64,000 bases of DNA from Epiperipatus broadwayi (taxonomy: Eukaryota; Animalia; Onychophora), in NCBI GenBank assembly GCA_028023455.1, contig JAQFVV010000004.1, positions 15,314,001 through 15,378,000 on the forward strand, given 5' to 3'. Shown piece by piece: positions 50,493 to 61,846 of this stretch. The translations under genes and the position numbers were made by a program. The notes under the pieces are model-generated. The model had not been told where the DNA came from. It ran no database searches and was given only the letters and a program-made list of their open reading frames with translations. Each line of letters starts with the position of its first letter. Positions within the stretch are counted from its first letter, which is position 1.

Positions 50493-53400
50493 GTATGTGT
50501 TAATTAAGTATATTCCCATATATATATTATTGTTATATTGATGTTAAAATGAGGACTCCTACAGGTTACAAATAGAAATGACATATTATCTAAGGTCATC
50601 TGTGTATGATTTATAGTATTATTATACCATGGGTCACATTAGTGTGTTAGTATTGTGAATTATGCACAGAACCTGGATAATATATCATTTATATACTATT
50701 ATGTGTACATATAGATATATGTATAGAAATTAATATAGTTTTTTTCATATTGTCTGCAAGCATTTATTTGAAATATGAGAATGAGTAATAAGAGATATAA
50801 TCAGTAAAAGCTTTTATGAAAAATATGGATATGTTTTCACAAAACTTCTTAAATCATTAGCTTATAATGTAAATAAATTATTAAAGAATCTTTTTTTTTT
50901 TGGTGCCTCTAATTACTGTATAAAATTATAAAAGCAAACAAAAAAAATCAGTCATGCAAAGATTATGACAAAATAAATAGCAGATGATTTTAAAAATGAT
51001 AATAAAGATATTAAAAATTATAATCTGTTTACGCTTGTTAGACCATTCATGAATAATAAGTGATCTTCGGATAAATATTTGTGGCAGATTGACAAGTAAA
51101 ATAGTTGTGTTGAAAAGCCTAGAAACTTAGCATTAAGTCAAATAGGATTGTTTAGCCATTAGTATTTTCTGTAATTTTATGACTTTGAAAGTTGAATACT
51201 GAAAACTTAGAATTGGAAAAGCATTGATTGGTGCTGTAATGTTGGCAAATTCTTTATAAATATTATGGAAATTAAAATCAAGAATTAAGCAGATAGTTGA
51301 TCAAATTATTTTGAAACTTTCCTGAAGGAGTCACGATCTGATTGAAATTATTTTATTTGTTTCTATTATGAAATAATCACTTCATTAGAACATTGTGTAT
51401 CACTTGGAAATGTTGAAAGGAAATGATTTGGGAATCAATTATTTCAGTGACAAATTTATTGTTGAACATCTTAAAAACTTAAGTTGTAGATAAATATTCT
51501 GGAGAATCACATTTCTATGGTTTCAGAAGTCAACATTGATTTGAAAGCATTTAATGTAATCTTAATAGTTAAATCAGGTTAGTTAAAAATGGAGAAGGTT
51601 CTCAATTATATGTAGTTGTAGTTGACATTTATAAATGAATACTAAAATTGCATTATGGATTTTTAAAAACAAGGCTACTGAGATCATTGTCTGAACATTA
51701 GGATGCTATAAACACTTTATGATGAAAAGTTGCTAATAATTATCTTAATATATGTAAAGAATATTTAAGTATTATTATTAAACTTATCTATTTCACTACC
51801 TTGATAGAGTTAAAGGTTATGTATAATTTATAAATTTACATTAAAATCCTGGCAGTTATAATCCTAACAATAATAATACTTACAGCTCAAAATTCCAATA
51901 CTTTGATAACTAAAACTCTGGTAGTTCAAACTTGTGACTAAGTAAAATCCTGAAGACACAAAATGTCAACAAATCAAAATTTAAATGTATTACTGTGCAA
52001 CTATTCTTATAAAATTTAATTTTTCATTAACTTTACTAAATAAAAAACTTGCTTGTATTAAAAGTTTTTTTTTTTCTATTTTGTAAATTTTGTAAAAATA
52101 AAGAATATTAACATCACAGATAGGAGAACATAATTTTATTTTTAATAGATACAAAGCAAATTATTTATTTGTTGACATTTTATATTTTTGGAATTTTAGA
52201 TTGTTGAGATTTTTATCTGTCAAGATTTTCACTGTTAGTATTTTAATTTTTGCTTAATTATTTGCATTTTCACACCTAGGGGGTTTAATTGTCAGAATTT
52301 TGAGTAGCACCAACATATATATCCACTTGCATAAAATTAAATAGAATTTCATTTATATCTGTTGAAAAATGATGCAACACTCTTGTCTAAAAAAAAGTAT
52401 ATTTAGTTTGTTTAAAATAAGAATAATGTTAATAATAATACAACTTATATAAAAGAAACAAATAGATATGCATAAACTAATAGACGCCAATGATAACAAA
52501 TCCAGCACAGTTTTTAGCGCACCTGGTGTTAATGTTTAACAATAGATGAAAATGTGAATTTATTTTTTGTTTGTCCTCTGAGATTTTAAATAGAAATCTA
52601 GTATAAAGTGTAATAATCACCAGTGTGAAATCTAAATTAACCAAGATTATTTCAGCAATGTTGGAAGTAGATTTAATTCAAACTTCTATTATGAAGCAAC
52701 TAACACAATTCCAATACAACCTTTATTTTTACCTGATATCAAAGTTTAATTTAAAATAGTTCAAAAACTGAATCCACTTTTTATTTGACTTTCAGATTCC
52801 TAAATAAAAAAACTGTATTGTATTTGTAAATATTAATTGATGAACATTGTTTTATATGAAGATCCTATTTAGTAAGTGCATATTTATATCTTCTAGATAA
52901 TAGATTATGATAGTCTAATTGTAAAATTTTTGAAATGAGTAATTATTTGCTCTACATTAAAAGTTTAGGCCAATTTGAGTGGAGTTTCATATGGTAGTTA
53001 TCATTGTTTATTCTATATGTCTGTTTAAGAAATTAAAAATCAGATGAAAAGAGGATCATTTTTTCATCTATTTGCAATTAAACTTAGATACCAGGTGGCA
53101 TGAAAATTGTTTCAGGATTTGTAAACATTAGTCGTGAATACTAATTTCAACAATATGGCTTCTAGATCTAATATTTCTCATTCTCAAGATATCATAACAG
53201 TAAAATTAATATGGTTTAAGTTCTCTCACAAATTGAGAGAAAGAGATTTTGGCTTTAAAAAAAAATTACTTAAAATTCAGAAATAATTTAAGCAATTTAA
53301 ATTAAGAGAAACTTATAAAACAATAATCAACTTTAACTTTCCTGTAAATTGAAAAACTTGATTATGAAACCTAGCATTGTTAGATATTGAACAAACTAAA

Positions 53401-53879
53401 TAGTAAAAAACTTCAATCCAATTTTTCATGAGGTCAAATGCTAGATTTTTTTTTCAACTTAAAGCTATAAAAATATTTGTTTCTGGTCAGTACATAAGAA
53501 TTTATTCAGCAATAATGTCAATGAAAACATGTCTGGTATAACTGAAAAATGAACTATTGTAAATAATTATTACAAATTTAATAAACCAGCAGAAGAATAA
53601 GAAAATAAAGAAAAAAATATAATTTGAAAGATAGAAAGATTCCAAAATAAATTAGAAAGGATTTTTATATATTAAACTCAGTTATGTTTAGCTTACATTT
53701 TGTAAAATGACTAATTACCAGATAATTGGAAATCTTCTGGCAAGAATCTATTTGTAGAAGTCTGTTTACAACTTTATCTAATTTTTATCGATTATTATAT
53801 ATTATAATGATAAGTGTGATCTTTAACTGACACTGGATAAAGGATATATCAGAGAAAAAAATCAATTTAGTGTTGCATT

Positions 53880-54407
53880 TTATATATTGGACTATTTCCA
53901 TCATCTAAGATGAGTATTGAATGTCGTTAGAAAAATTTAACTTTATTTAAATATTCCAAATACATTCAACTGTTAGTAATAGCACTTCAATCAAGTTAGT
54001 TTATGCACAATGTTTGGAGAGGTATTCTTTTCCCCTCGTCTTCAGGTGTTGTTGGTTTGACCAGTGATAGTATTATATTGGGAATTGAACCTATATTCTT
54101 AGATTCTTGAGTATGAATTTTAAGGTAATGCTCTAACCAACTGAGCCTTTGGCAGGATGGCTCACCTTAAAATTCAATACTCAAGAATCTAAGGGTCCAG
54201 GTTTGATTCCCAAGCCAGTACGTCACTGGTTAGGCCAGCAACACATGAAGAAGAGGGTAAAATAATATCTCTCAAAACATTATGCATATACTAACTTAAT
54301 TGCCATGCTATTACTAACAGTTGAATGTATTTGGAATATTTAAATAAACTTAAATTTTTCTAAAGACATTCAATAATATTAGATGATGGAAATAGTCCAA
54401 TATATAA
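53880..54407. mobile_element. ~528-bp palindromic element made of two head-to-head tRNA-derived SINE-like arms
   Basis: Termini TTATATATTGGACTATTTCCATCATCT and its reverse complement. On -, A-box GGCTCAGTTGGTTAGAGCA (54147-54129) and B-box GGTTCAATTCC (54091-54081). On +, B-box-like GGTTTGATTCC (54200-54210). Confidence 0.8.
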
Positions 54408-55719
54408 ACACAACTAAAACACCATCATCACAAACCTTCAGGAAAACAGTTTGAATGTTTGCTTCATTGTCTATTTCATTTCACAGAAAGTGGAAGGTGA
54501 TTGACATTGAGTTTAAACTCCAGTCTTTTTTAAAATGTACCCATACATTTTTTGCTGAGCATGGTATGTACCTAAAAATCATCACAATAATGTTATTTAT
54601 TTATAACATCAATAATAAATAGTTATCTTGCTCTGGTTTTTCTATTTTCCCAGCTTCTTCATCATTCACCTACCATTCCCTTCCCATGATCATTACATTC
54701 AGGAATTTATTTACATTATAAGTGAAGATGTCATGAGCTCTCTGATCTACATATTAAATAAAGCTGTTTTTAGAAAATACAAGAGAAAATTAATTTAATA
54801 AACACGAGTTAATTTATTATATATATATATATATATGATAAATACAATTATACCATTGATTATTGCCTCATCATATACCATTATAATTTACCAATAAAGA
54901 TATCTTAATTTCCTAAGATATATTACTTTATTTCTCTAACAGTTAATTTCAAATTGAGTTTGAGTTTTCATGCTAGTCTTCTTACATACTTTTTTATTCT
55001 AATTAACTCATTCTCAATGTTTAATTACATTATACTTAGGAGCATTAAATTATTTTATTAATCATGCATAATTTCTGCTAGTTTTGAATAACTATATCTT
55101 AGTAAGTGCGTTGTTGATTATTTATTATGCTAATGATTATTGTACTTACTAAATTGACACTAGGTTGTGAACACTTCACAAATATTCTTTAAGCATTGAC
55201 ACATATATGTGTAAATGTGTGTGTTTGGATAAAACTATTCTGAAATGAATACTTTTCTCAATATTTCATCAAATCTCCTAATGCTAAACTAGTGTCATAA
55301 TTTATAGTTACATCAATTTTATAATAATCAGATAGTTGATATCTGAGTACAGATGGTCTGCTTGAAATATATATGGAGTAAGGCTACTATTTAAAGGAAA
55401 GATTAAGGTTTATAGAATGTTAAACAATTATAGACCGATAGAGGTAATGTCAGTGTTATATAAAGTTTTTATATATATGGTGGCTGGAAAAGTGTCAAAG
55501 TGTATAATTTCTTATTATCATTTCTTATATTGCCTTTTGTATTTACTGCAGCAATTTTAGAAGCTTCTTTAACATTATTATTTGTTATTACTCTTTTTTG
55601 AATTAATTATAATTCAAAAAAATTAAATTATCAAGCTTGTTTCATCATTTTATAGCTTACGTAAGAAAACTAAACTTCTTATAAAACTAAAATAAGATAA
55701 TTGGTTTGTCATTAAAACA

Positions 55720-56800
55720 CAACTTCAAGAAAAGATTTCTTTTTCTTCTTATCAGTTTATAACATACCATGTCATCCTCTGATTTTCAATCATTATACTT
55801 TCTGTTCTAAATTTTCTTGATATATCTCTTATTTTTCTATTCTTTCTTTCCCATTAATTTCTCTTCATTCATAAATCTTTTTGAAAATTTATATCTCTAA
55901 TTTCTTTATTTCTTTTCCACTTTTGGATGCTCTCTTTTTCACGATGCTATCGAGTGTAAAATTTGTTAGGTAATCTTTACTGAGTCATCCATTACATATG
56001 ACCATACCATTTCATTTTTCTTGTAATGTTGTTATTTATTATAATATATTCAGTTTTCTTTTTTTTTTCCAAATTTTTTTATTGCTTGTGTGCCCCTCTC
56101 CTTGACTTACATGCATAGTTTTGCTAATAATTCATTTCTGTATTATCAATTCTGTTTTCATTCTTTTCTTCAACCACTAAATATTACTTCCATATGTAAT
56201 GATTTTATTACATCATATATATTCATGGTTTATTGACTTTTGATATACATATTCTAATCCCATGATATCTGATTTAATAATGGTATAGCTTTTCTACCCA
56301 TACATTTCTTTTTCTTATAGCTTCAGCTGTATTTCATTTTTGTGTGATTTTTTTTTTACATTAAGATGCTTTTATTTCTCACATTTCCCAAACTTTTTTC
56401 CATCTTACCATATCTATGTAACATCAGTCAATTGATTCAAATGATTGTTAGACATAATTAGATTTCTTATTGACAAATTGATTTCTTGGGGGGGGGGGGA
56501 CTAAAAGGAGGAGAAGGTGACTGGAGAATGTTAGGAAATAGCTAGAGATTATCACTGATAATCATCTAATATTCTGTCACATGGTCAGGTTCAGAGAGTA
56601 CTCACATTATTATTTCATCCATTTTTCTACTCCATTCTTTTCATATCATTGATAATATCATCTGTAAACATGAGAATCACAAAATATAATCATTGTTTTG
56701 GTAATCATCAATCTCACGATTGAAGGTAGTGTATTAATAAAAAGAAATGTGTTTATTTAAGAATAAACATATGAATGTTTCCTTATATTTTAAATTAAAC
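55720..56800 (-). mobile_element. Degenerate RTE-like LINE 3' fragment (different subfamily)
   Basis: Minus strand has MFTDDI (~56632-56615) and RKMKWYGH...RLPNK (~56020-55965). Confidence 0.6.
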
Positions 56801-56944
56801 AGCCTTTAAAAAAATCATTATTGGGCAATGACTATTTACTATCTTTTTACCAAGAAAAACAGTCATGGTAAAGACAATACTTACAATCTAACCAAAGACT
56901 GATAAGGATTTAATGACTGTCTTTTTTTATTTGATATTCTAGAT

Positions 56945-57110
56945 CAATGGTTCCCAGCCCGTCATATGTGTACCCTTGGGGGTATGTGGCAGACCTGTTG
57001 GGGATACGTGAAAATATTATTCGTAATGGTAGAAAGCAAATAAATGCAATAAGGTGTTAAAATTAAAAAAGAAAAACAGTATTTTAATTTAGGTTTACAA
57101 AGAGAATTGT
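56945..57110 (+). mobile_element. One-ended hAT (Charlie-like) MITE fragment
   Basis: CAATGGTTCCCAGCC...TACCCTTGGGGGTA resembles the CAGTGGTTCCCAACC terminus. No partner TIR was found. Confidence 0.45.
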
Positions 57111-57961
57111 AAGCACAGATAAATCATATCCAGATGTCTTATCTCCATATAAGAAAATGGCATAGTTTTGAAAGCTCTCATTTGAAAAATTAATATTAAA
57201 TATTTTTAATGTAAATTTAAATTGAAACTCTTTGATATTGTGTAAATATTCATATACAATACAAATGTAGCAACTTTATGTTTAATTTTTTTTTCATGTG
57301 TTTTTTGTTTTGTTTTGTAAAACAAAAACAGAATATTACAAAATTTGAATGTATTGACTATTATATATTCGTTTATATTAATTTGCAATTATACAATCAT
57401 ACAAAACTCTAAAGATCAGAGCTGCGATCAAATTATTAGGAGCATCTTTACAATTAATTCACAAAAACAAATCAATGGAAAAAGTAATAAGAATGAATAA
57501 AAGACAAGAATAATAAGCCCATTGTATGTATGCATTTTACCTTTTATTGTTCTTCCATATTAAATATGGTTTGTGCGTATATATGATGTTCAATAGAAAA
57601 CTACAATAATAAATATTAAAAGAAGAATTGTGTGATATAAAATTTTTGCATGGTGAAATCTAAAATGGCTTTTACACTTTCAAATTTTTTCAAACTATTT
57701 GATATAATTATTTGAAAGCTTTTATAAAAGCCCTGCATTTTTACACTTTCAAATTATTTGACAAGCATTAGTATATTTTTGACTATTGCTGTGTCAACAT
57801 GTCATGGAAATACAGTAAAAACTTAGAGAACACAATAGGTTTGGTTGGGATGGCATTATGTGAAGGAGATGAAATGAAAACTAAAAAAAATAAGTAAATG
57901 CACTAAAAATTTTGTAAAAGTAAATATCTTTACTAAATAATGAATTTAAATAACACTATAT

Positions 57962-58214
57962 ACTAAAAGACTGAAGTGGAATTGGGCTGGACATATTACT
58001 AGAAGAGATGATAATAGATGGGCAATTGAATTCTTAAACTGGATTCCAAGAGATTGTAAAAGACCCAGAAAGAGACCACATGTGAGATGGATGGATGAAA
58101 TCAGAAAGTGTGCAGGAGGGATGTGGAGAAGAGAAGCTAAAGATTAGGGAAGATGGATTGAACTTGGAGAGATCTTCATCCTGCAGTATATTGATAATGG
58201 TTGATGATGATGAT
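57962..58214 (+). mobile_element. RTE-clade LINE 3' end with (GAT)n tail (second copy)
   Basis: Close match to 35425-35683. Contains an in-frame TAG. Confidence 0.92.
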
Positions 58215-59334
58215 ATATTTTGAATAAACCTTATTTCCCAAAGTTGTTCCCCAATCTCCTCGATTAGTTTTTCTACCGCTGTTCTAAATAGATACTCTTT
58301 ACATATATAATCTATAAGAATGTTTATATATCATGTTCACAAAGAATTTTATATTTTAAACTAATTTTTCAATATTAGTTTGTCAAGCGGATATCTGGTT
58401 CTTATTAGCTAGTCACTAAAGATCTATATTTATCTAATGATTTTCAATAAACTTTAGTTATTTTCATTATTTTGAAATAAACGAAATTATTTGGATGCTT
58501 TAGAGTTATTTAGCAGCTTTTTTCTCACTTCAAAATATGTAAAATAGTTCACTTGTTTTGACAAAAACCAGTATTTATTTTTATAACAGCTTGAAATGGA
58601 TTAACTCTTTATACATAACCTTGTTAGTATTTGTATAGAGATTTTTTAAGGCTAATTAATAAGTTTAATTAGTTTTCCTAAACCTTACTTTTTAATTTCA
58701 TTAAAACTCTGAATATTATTTCTGCTGCTTAATTCACATATTAGGTTAAGGCATAAAAAAAAGTTAATTCTGAAATTACTTTATTAGTTTATAGATAAAA
58801 GTGTTTCTTAGAGTTTTATTTTCCAAAACTCGGAAGAAAAAATTCATTTACTCTGGATATTTGAATAAATATTTTAATTATGAGTATTAATATAATTATG
58901 ATTATTAATATCTAATTTAACAAGGAAATAATGACTTTACCTTGAGGTGATGAAATAAGGCATTAAAAAAACATTTTTTTTTTTCCAATTAAACAAAGAA
59001 AAGTTGAAAATAAAATAAAAAACAATTGATGATTTATTTTGTTTTTATAATTTTGAAATTTCATTTTTTTTTAATTTGAATAATAATTATAAAAATTCAA
59101 AACTTACTTGTGATAATAAAAGATTTTGCGTATTATTAAGAGGAATTGTAGATAAGGAAGTAGAGAATAATGAAAGAACTAAATTCACAAAGCTTATTTT
59201 CACAATTACTGTGTTTAGAATGAGTAGTAAGGGTCAACAGTTTTCATTTATAAAATAAGAATCTTTGAGATATTTTGAGACATTAGTGAATTTACATTCA
59301 GATATTAATTAAAATTTAAAAGATATTAATTTTT

Positions 59335-59430
59335 TTTTTCCATATGTCAAATGCGTTGACCGGGAAGCGAACCTGGGCCAGCTGCTTGGAAGGCAGCTAT
59401 GCTAACCACTAGGCCATCAACGCTTGACAA
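59335..59430 (-). mobile_element. tRNA-Gly(TCC)-derived short SINE / tailed tRNA retrocopy
   Basis: 59423-59352 reads GCGTTGATGGCCTAGTGGTTAGCATAGCTGCCTTCCAAGCAGCTGGCCCAGGTTCGCTTCCCGGTCAACGCA, a few substitutions from canonical metazoan Gly-TCC. It has an A-tail and TSD AAGATATTAATTTTT at 59320-59334 and 59431-59445. Confidence 0.9.
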
Positions 59431-61548
59431 AAGATATTAATTTTTCTTAACACTGATTGTTTTATCTCAAGTTTAATATAGTGGCAGATTCATTGATTTA
59501 AAAACTAAAATTTGTGAATTGAAACTCCACATGACATCTCAATACCTCAAAACTATATATAACTTTATGAACATCTAACTATTTCATTGCATCTTAATGA
59601 TGTAAAGAGTTCTATGCAAACATTCAATTCATTTAATGTCTCAATTCACACAGTATATGATAAAACAAGAGCAATTCTCTCTAACAATATTTACTATAAC
59701 TTGAGTAATCAAGAAATTCCAGAAGCTCTCTTGTCTTTTAATTCATGTTCTCAAAATCTTATGGAGATTTGAATATCAGATTGTTAACTTGAATTGTAAA
59801 ATGAAGTTGATGGTTGCAAAATGTATAACTACATTATTTTCAGCTTTAAATCCCAAGATAAAAGCAGAAGTCACAAACTGGTCTGAGAATGGGGATTTAA
59901 AATGCAAAAAGACATCTCATAATTACCTATTACTCATATTTAAAATATTTTGCATCAGAGTATTTGACTGGTCTTGTTTGAGCCATAAATATTAAAGTGT
60001 CTGAATAAATTATGTTCAAGCATGACACAAGTAATGTGTAAATATGTATAATCTTAAAGTTTAAACACATTTGCTAAATATAACCTAGTTTCACTGGGTA
60101 TGTGAGAAGACAATTAATGCATGATTTTCTAGTCAGCAGATTGTTTCTGGTGTAAATGTGATAATTTTATTTTGCTCATTAAAATATATAAAATTAAATG
60201 TGTGAGAAGCGCTTGAAAGAGAAGCTAGAGAGAGTGCAAAAAATATTAAATGCTAAGCGCATCACATGCTTTTAATTTTATATATTATAATATCAAGAGA
60301 GAAGTTTAAAATTCCTAATAGTTTGCTCATTAAACAACAATACTAGCAATGATACTATAGATTGTATGATAACATTTAGGAATTAACCAGTGTTAAATGT
60401 AATTAAGTGAGGTCTCTCTGCTTTCTGCAATGAGTTTTAGCAATGTGGGATTTATATCTCATCAATTTAGAATGTTTTTTTTCTGATAAATGGCCAGAAG
60501 TCAGTCTAATAAACTATCCAATATTGTTCCCCAAATGATATCTATTTTTATCGGAGTGTACAAAATAATGGTGGTAAACCACTTAAATTTTCAAATCACC
60601 CCCCTTCCAGTAGATAATAAGCCTAATGAGTAATACCTTTGTCTTTACTGTTCCTTATGGTGAGTCTGTTGGAGAATTTTTTATCTTGCTTTAAGATATT
60701 TAAATGGTGTTTTACCATTGTGTATTTGGTAGAAGGTGAGCCAATGATGGCAATGACCACAGCTATAGGGATCATGAAATTTATTATCTAATGATGATAT
60801 CCTAAAGACAATCCTTGAATATCATGTGACTAATTGCTGAATTAAATAATCAGCTGCTAATTACAAAATTTTGTTTATCCAGTACAGTATTGGGCATCAT
60901 GTAGATCATTGTCAGAATTTATCCATCATTAATTTATGGGGTGATTACAATCTCGGTGAAGTATATTAATGAACTGGTTATATTTCCCAAGCAATAATCA
61001 TTCTTTCTTATTCATCTGGACTGACAATAGAGATAATATTGGCTAGGACAAATCAGCAAATGTTTTTGATGATAAGAATACTTTTATATTTTTACAACAT
61101 TCATTTGTCTATCTATTATTACTTAGTAAATAAGTTAACAACTTGGAACACTTGGAATTCTCTTTAATGCATGAGCTGATCCGTAATTACATACATATAT
61201 TATATGCTAAATCATCAAGTTGAAAATGAATAAAGAATGGATACAACTACTACTTTTTAATTTTAAAATAACTATTTAATGAATTTATAAAATTTGATAA
61301 TAATAAAGAAAATAGAAATATGTATAAATCACACTTCATTCCATAACAAATATTTTAGGTTATCTTTGTATGGTGAATATATTTATAAATATATATATCA
61401 TCATTATGTAATATCTTTCTGGCTAGTTTCATTCCTTTATTTATCTTTCCCCACTTTAATCTTTTCAAAGATATACAAACATATTGCATGAAACATTTGT
61501 TAATTATGAATACATGCTATGAAATAATAATTTGTTGTTTAATTTTTC

Positions 61549-61551
<3 letters not shown>

Positions 61552-61600
<49 letters not shown>
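61552..61600. repeat. (TA)n microsatellite
   Basis: Read directly from the sequence. Confidence 0.97.
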
Positions 61601-61602
<2 letters not shown>

Positions 61603-61709
61603 GTGTAATCATAAGGGACTTGAATTCAGACTTTCAAGCTCTCCATAGCTATCCAATCCATCTTATACAACTGATACACATGACCACATACATGTGGAAA
61701 AGATAAACA

Positions 61710-61763
61710 ATCTCCAATATATGTATTTTATACTGAACCAGCACTCATCAGTTGGTGCAGATC
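61710..61763 (-). ncRNA. Minimal type I hammerhead motif, G12 changed to A
   Basis: GATCTGCACCAA-CTGATGA-GTGCTG-GTT-CAGTAT-AAAA-TACATAT-A-TTGGAGAT. Confidence 0.65.
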
Positions 61764-61795
61764 ACCATCTCCCACACATATATACAGTCAATGTT

Positions 61796-61846
61796 GGACC
61801 AACTCATAAGTACTAGTTCAGTATGAGAATATGTATATTGGAGATC
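61796..61846 (+). ncRNA. Heavily decayed hammerhead motif (partner arm)
   Basis: GGACCAA-CTCATAA-GTACTAGTTCAGTAT-GAGAA-TATGTAT-A-TTGGAGATC. The core is mutated, so it is recognisable only by family alignment. Confidence 0.5.

Noticed and set aside
51840-52310. Possible Mutator-like MITE with AAAATYCTG subterminal repeats
   Set aside because: Inverted similarity is patchy and no TSD or clean termini could be defined by eye.
59352-59423. Functional tRNA-Gly(TCC) gene
   Set aside because: A58->C, a T-stem mismatch, altered D-stem, an A-tail and a 15-bp TSD indicate a retroposed copy.
59560-61050. Coding-like composition suggesting a decayed transposase
   Set aside because: No recognisable motif in the frames examined, so it is left unannotated.
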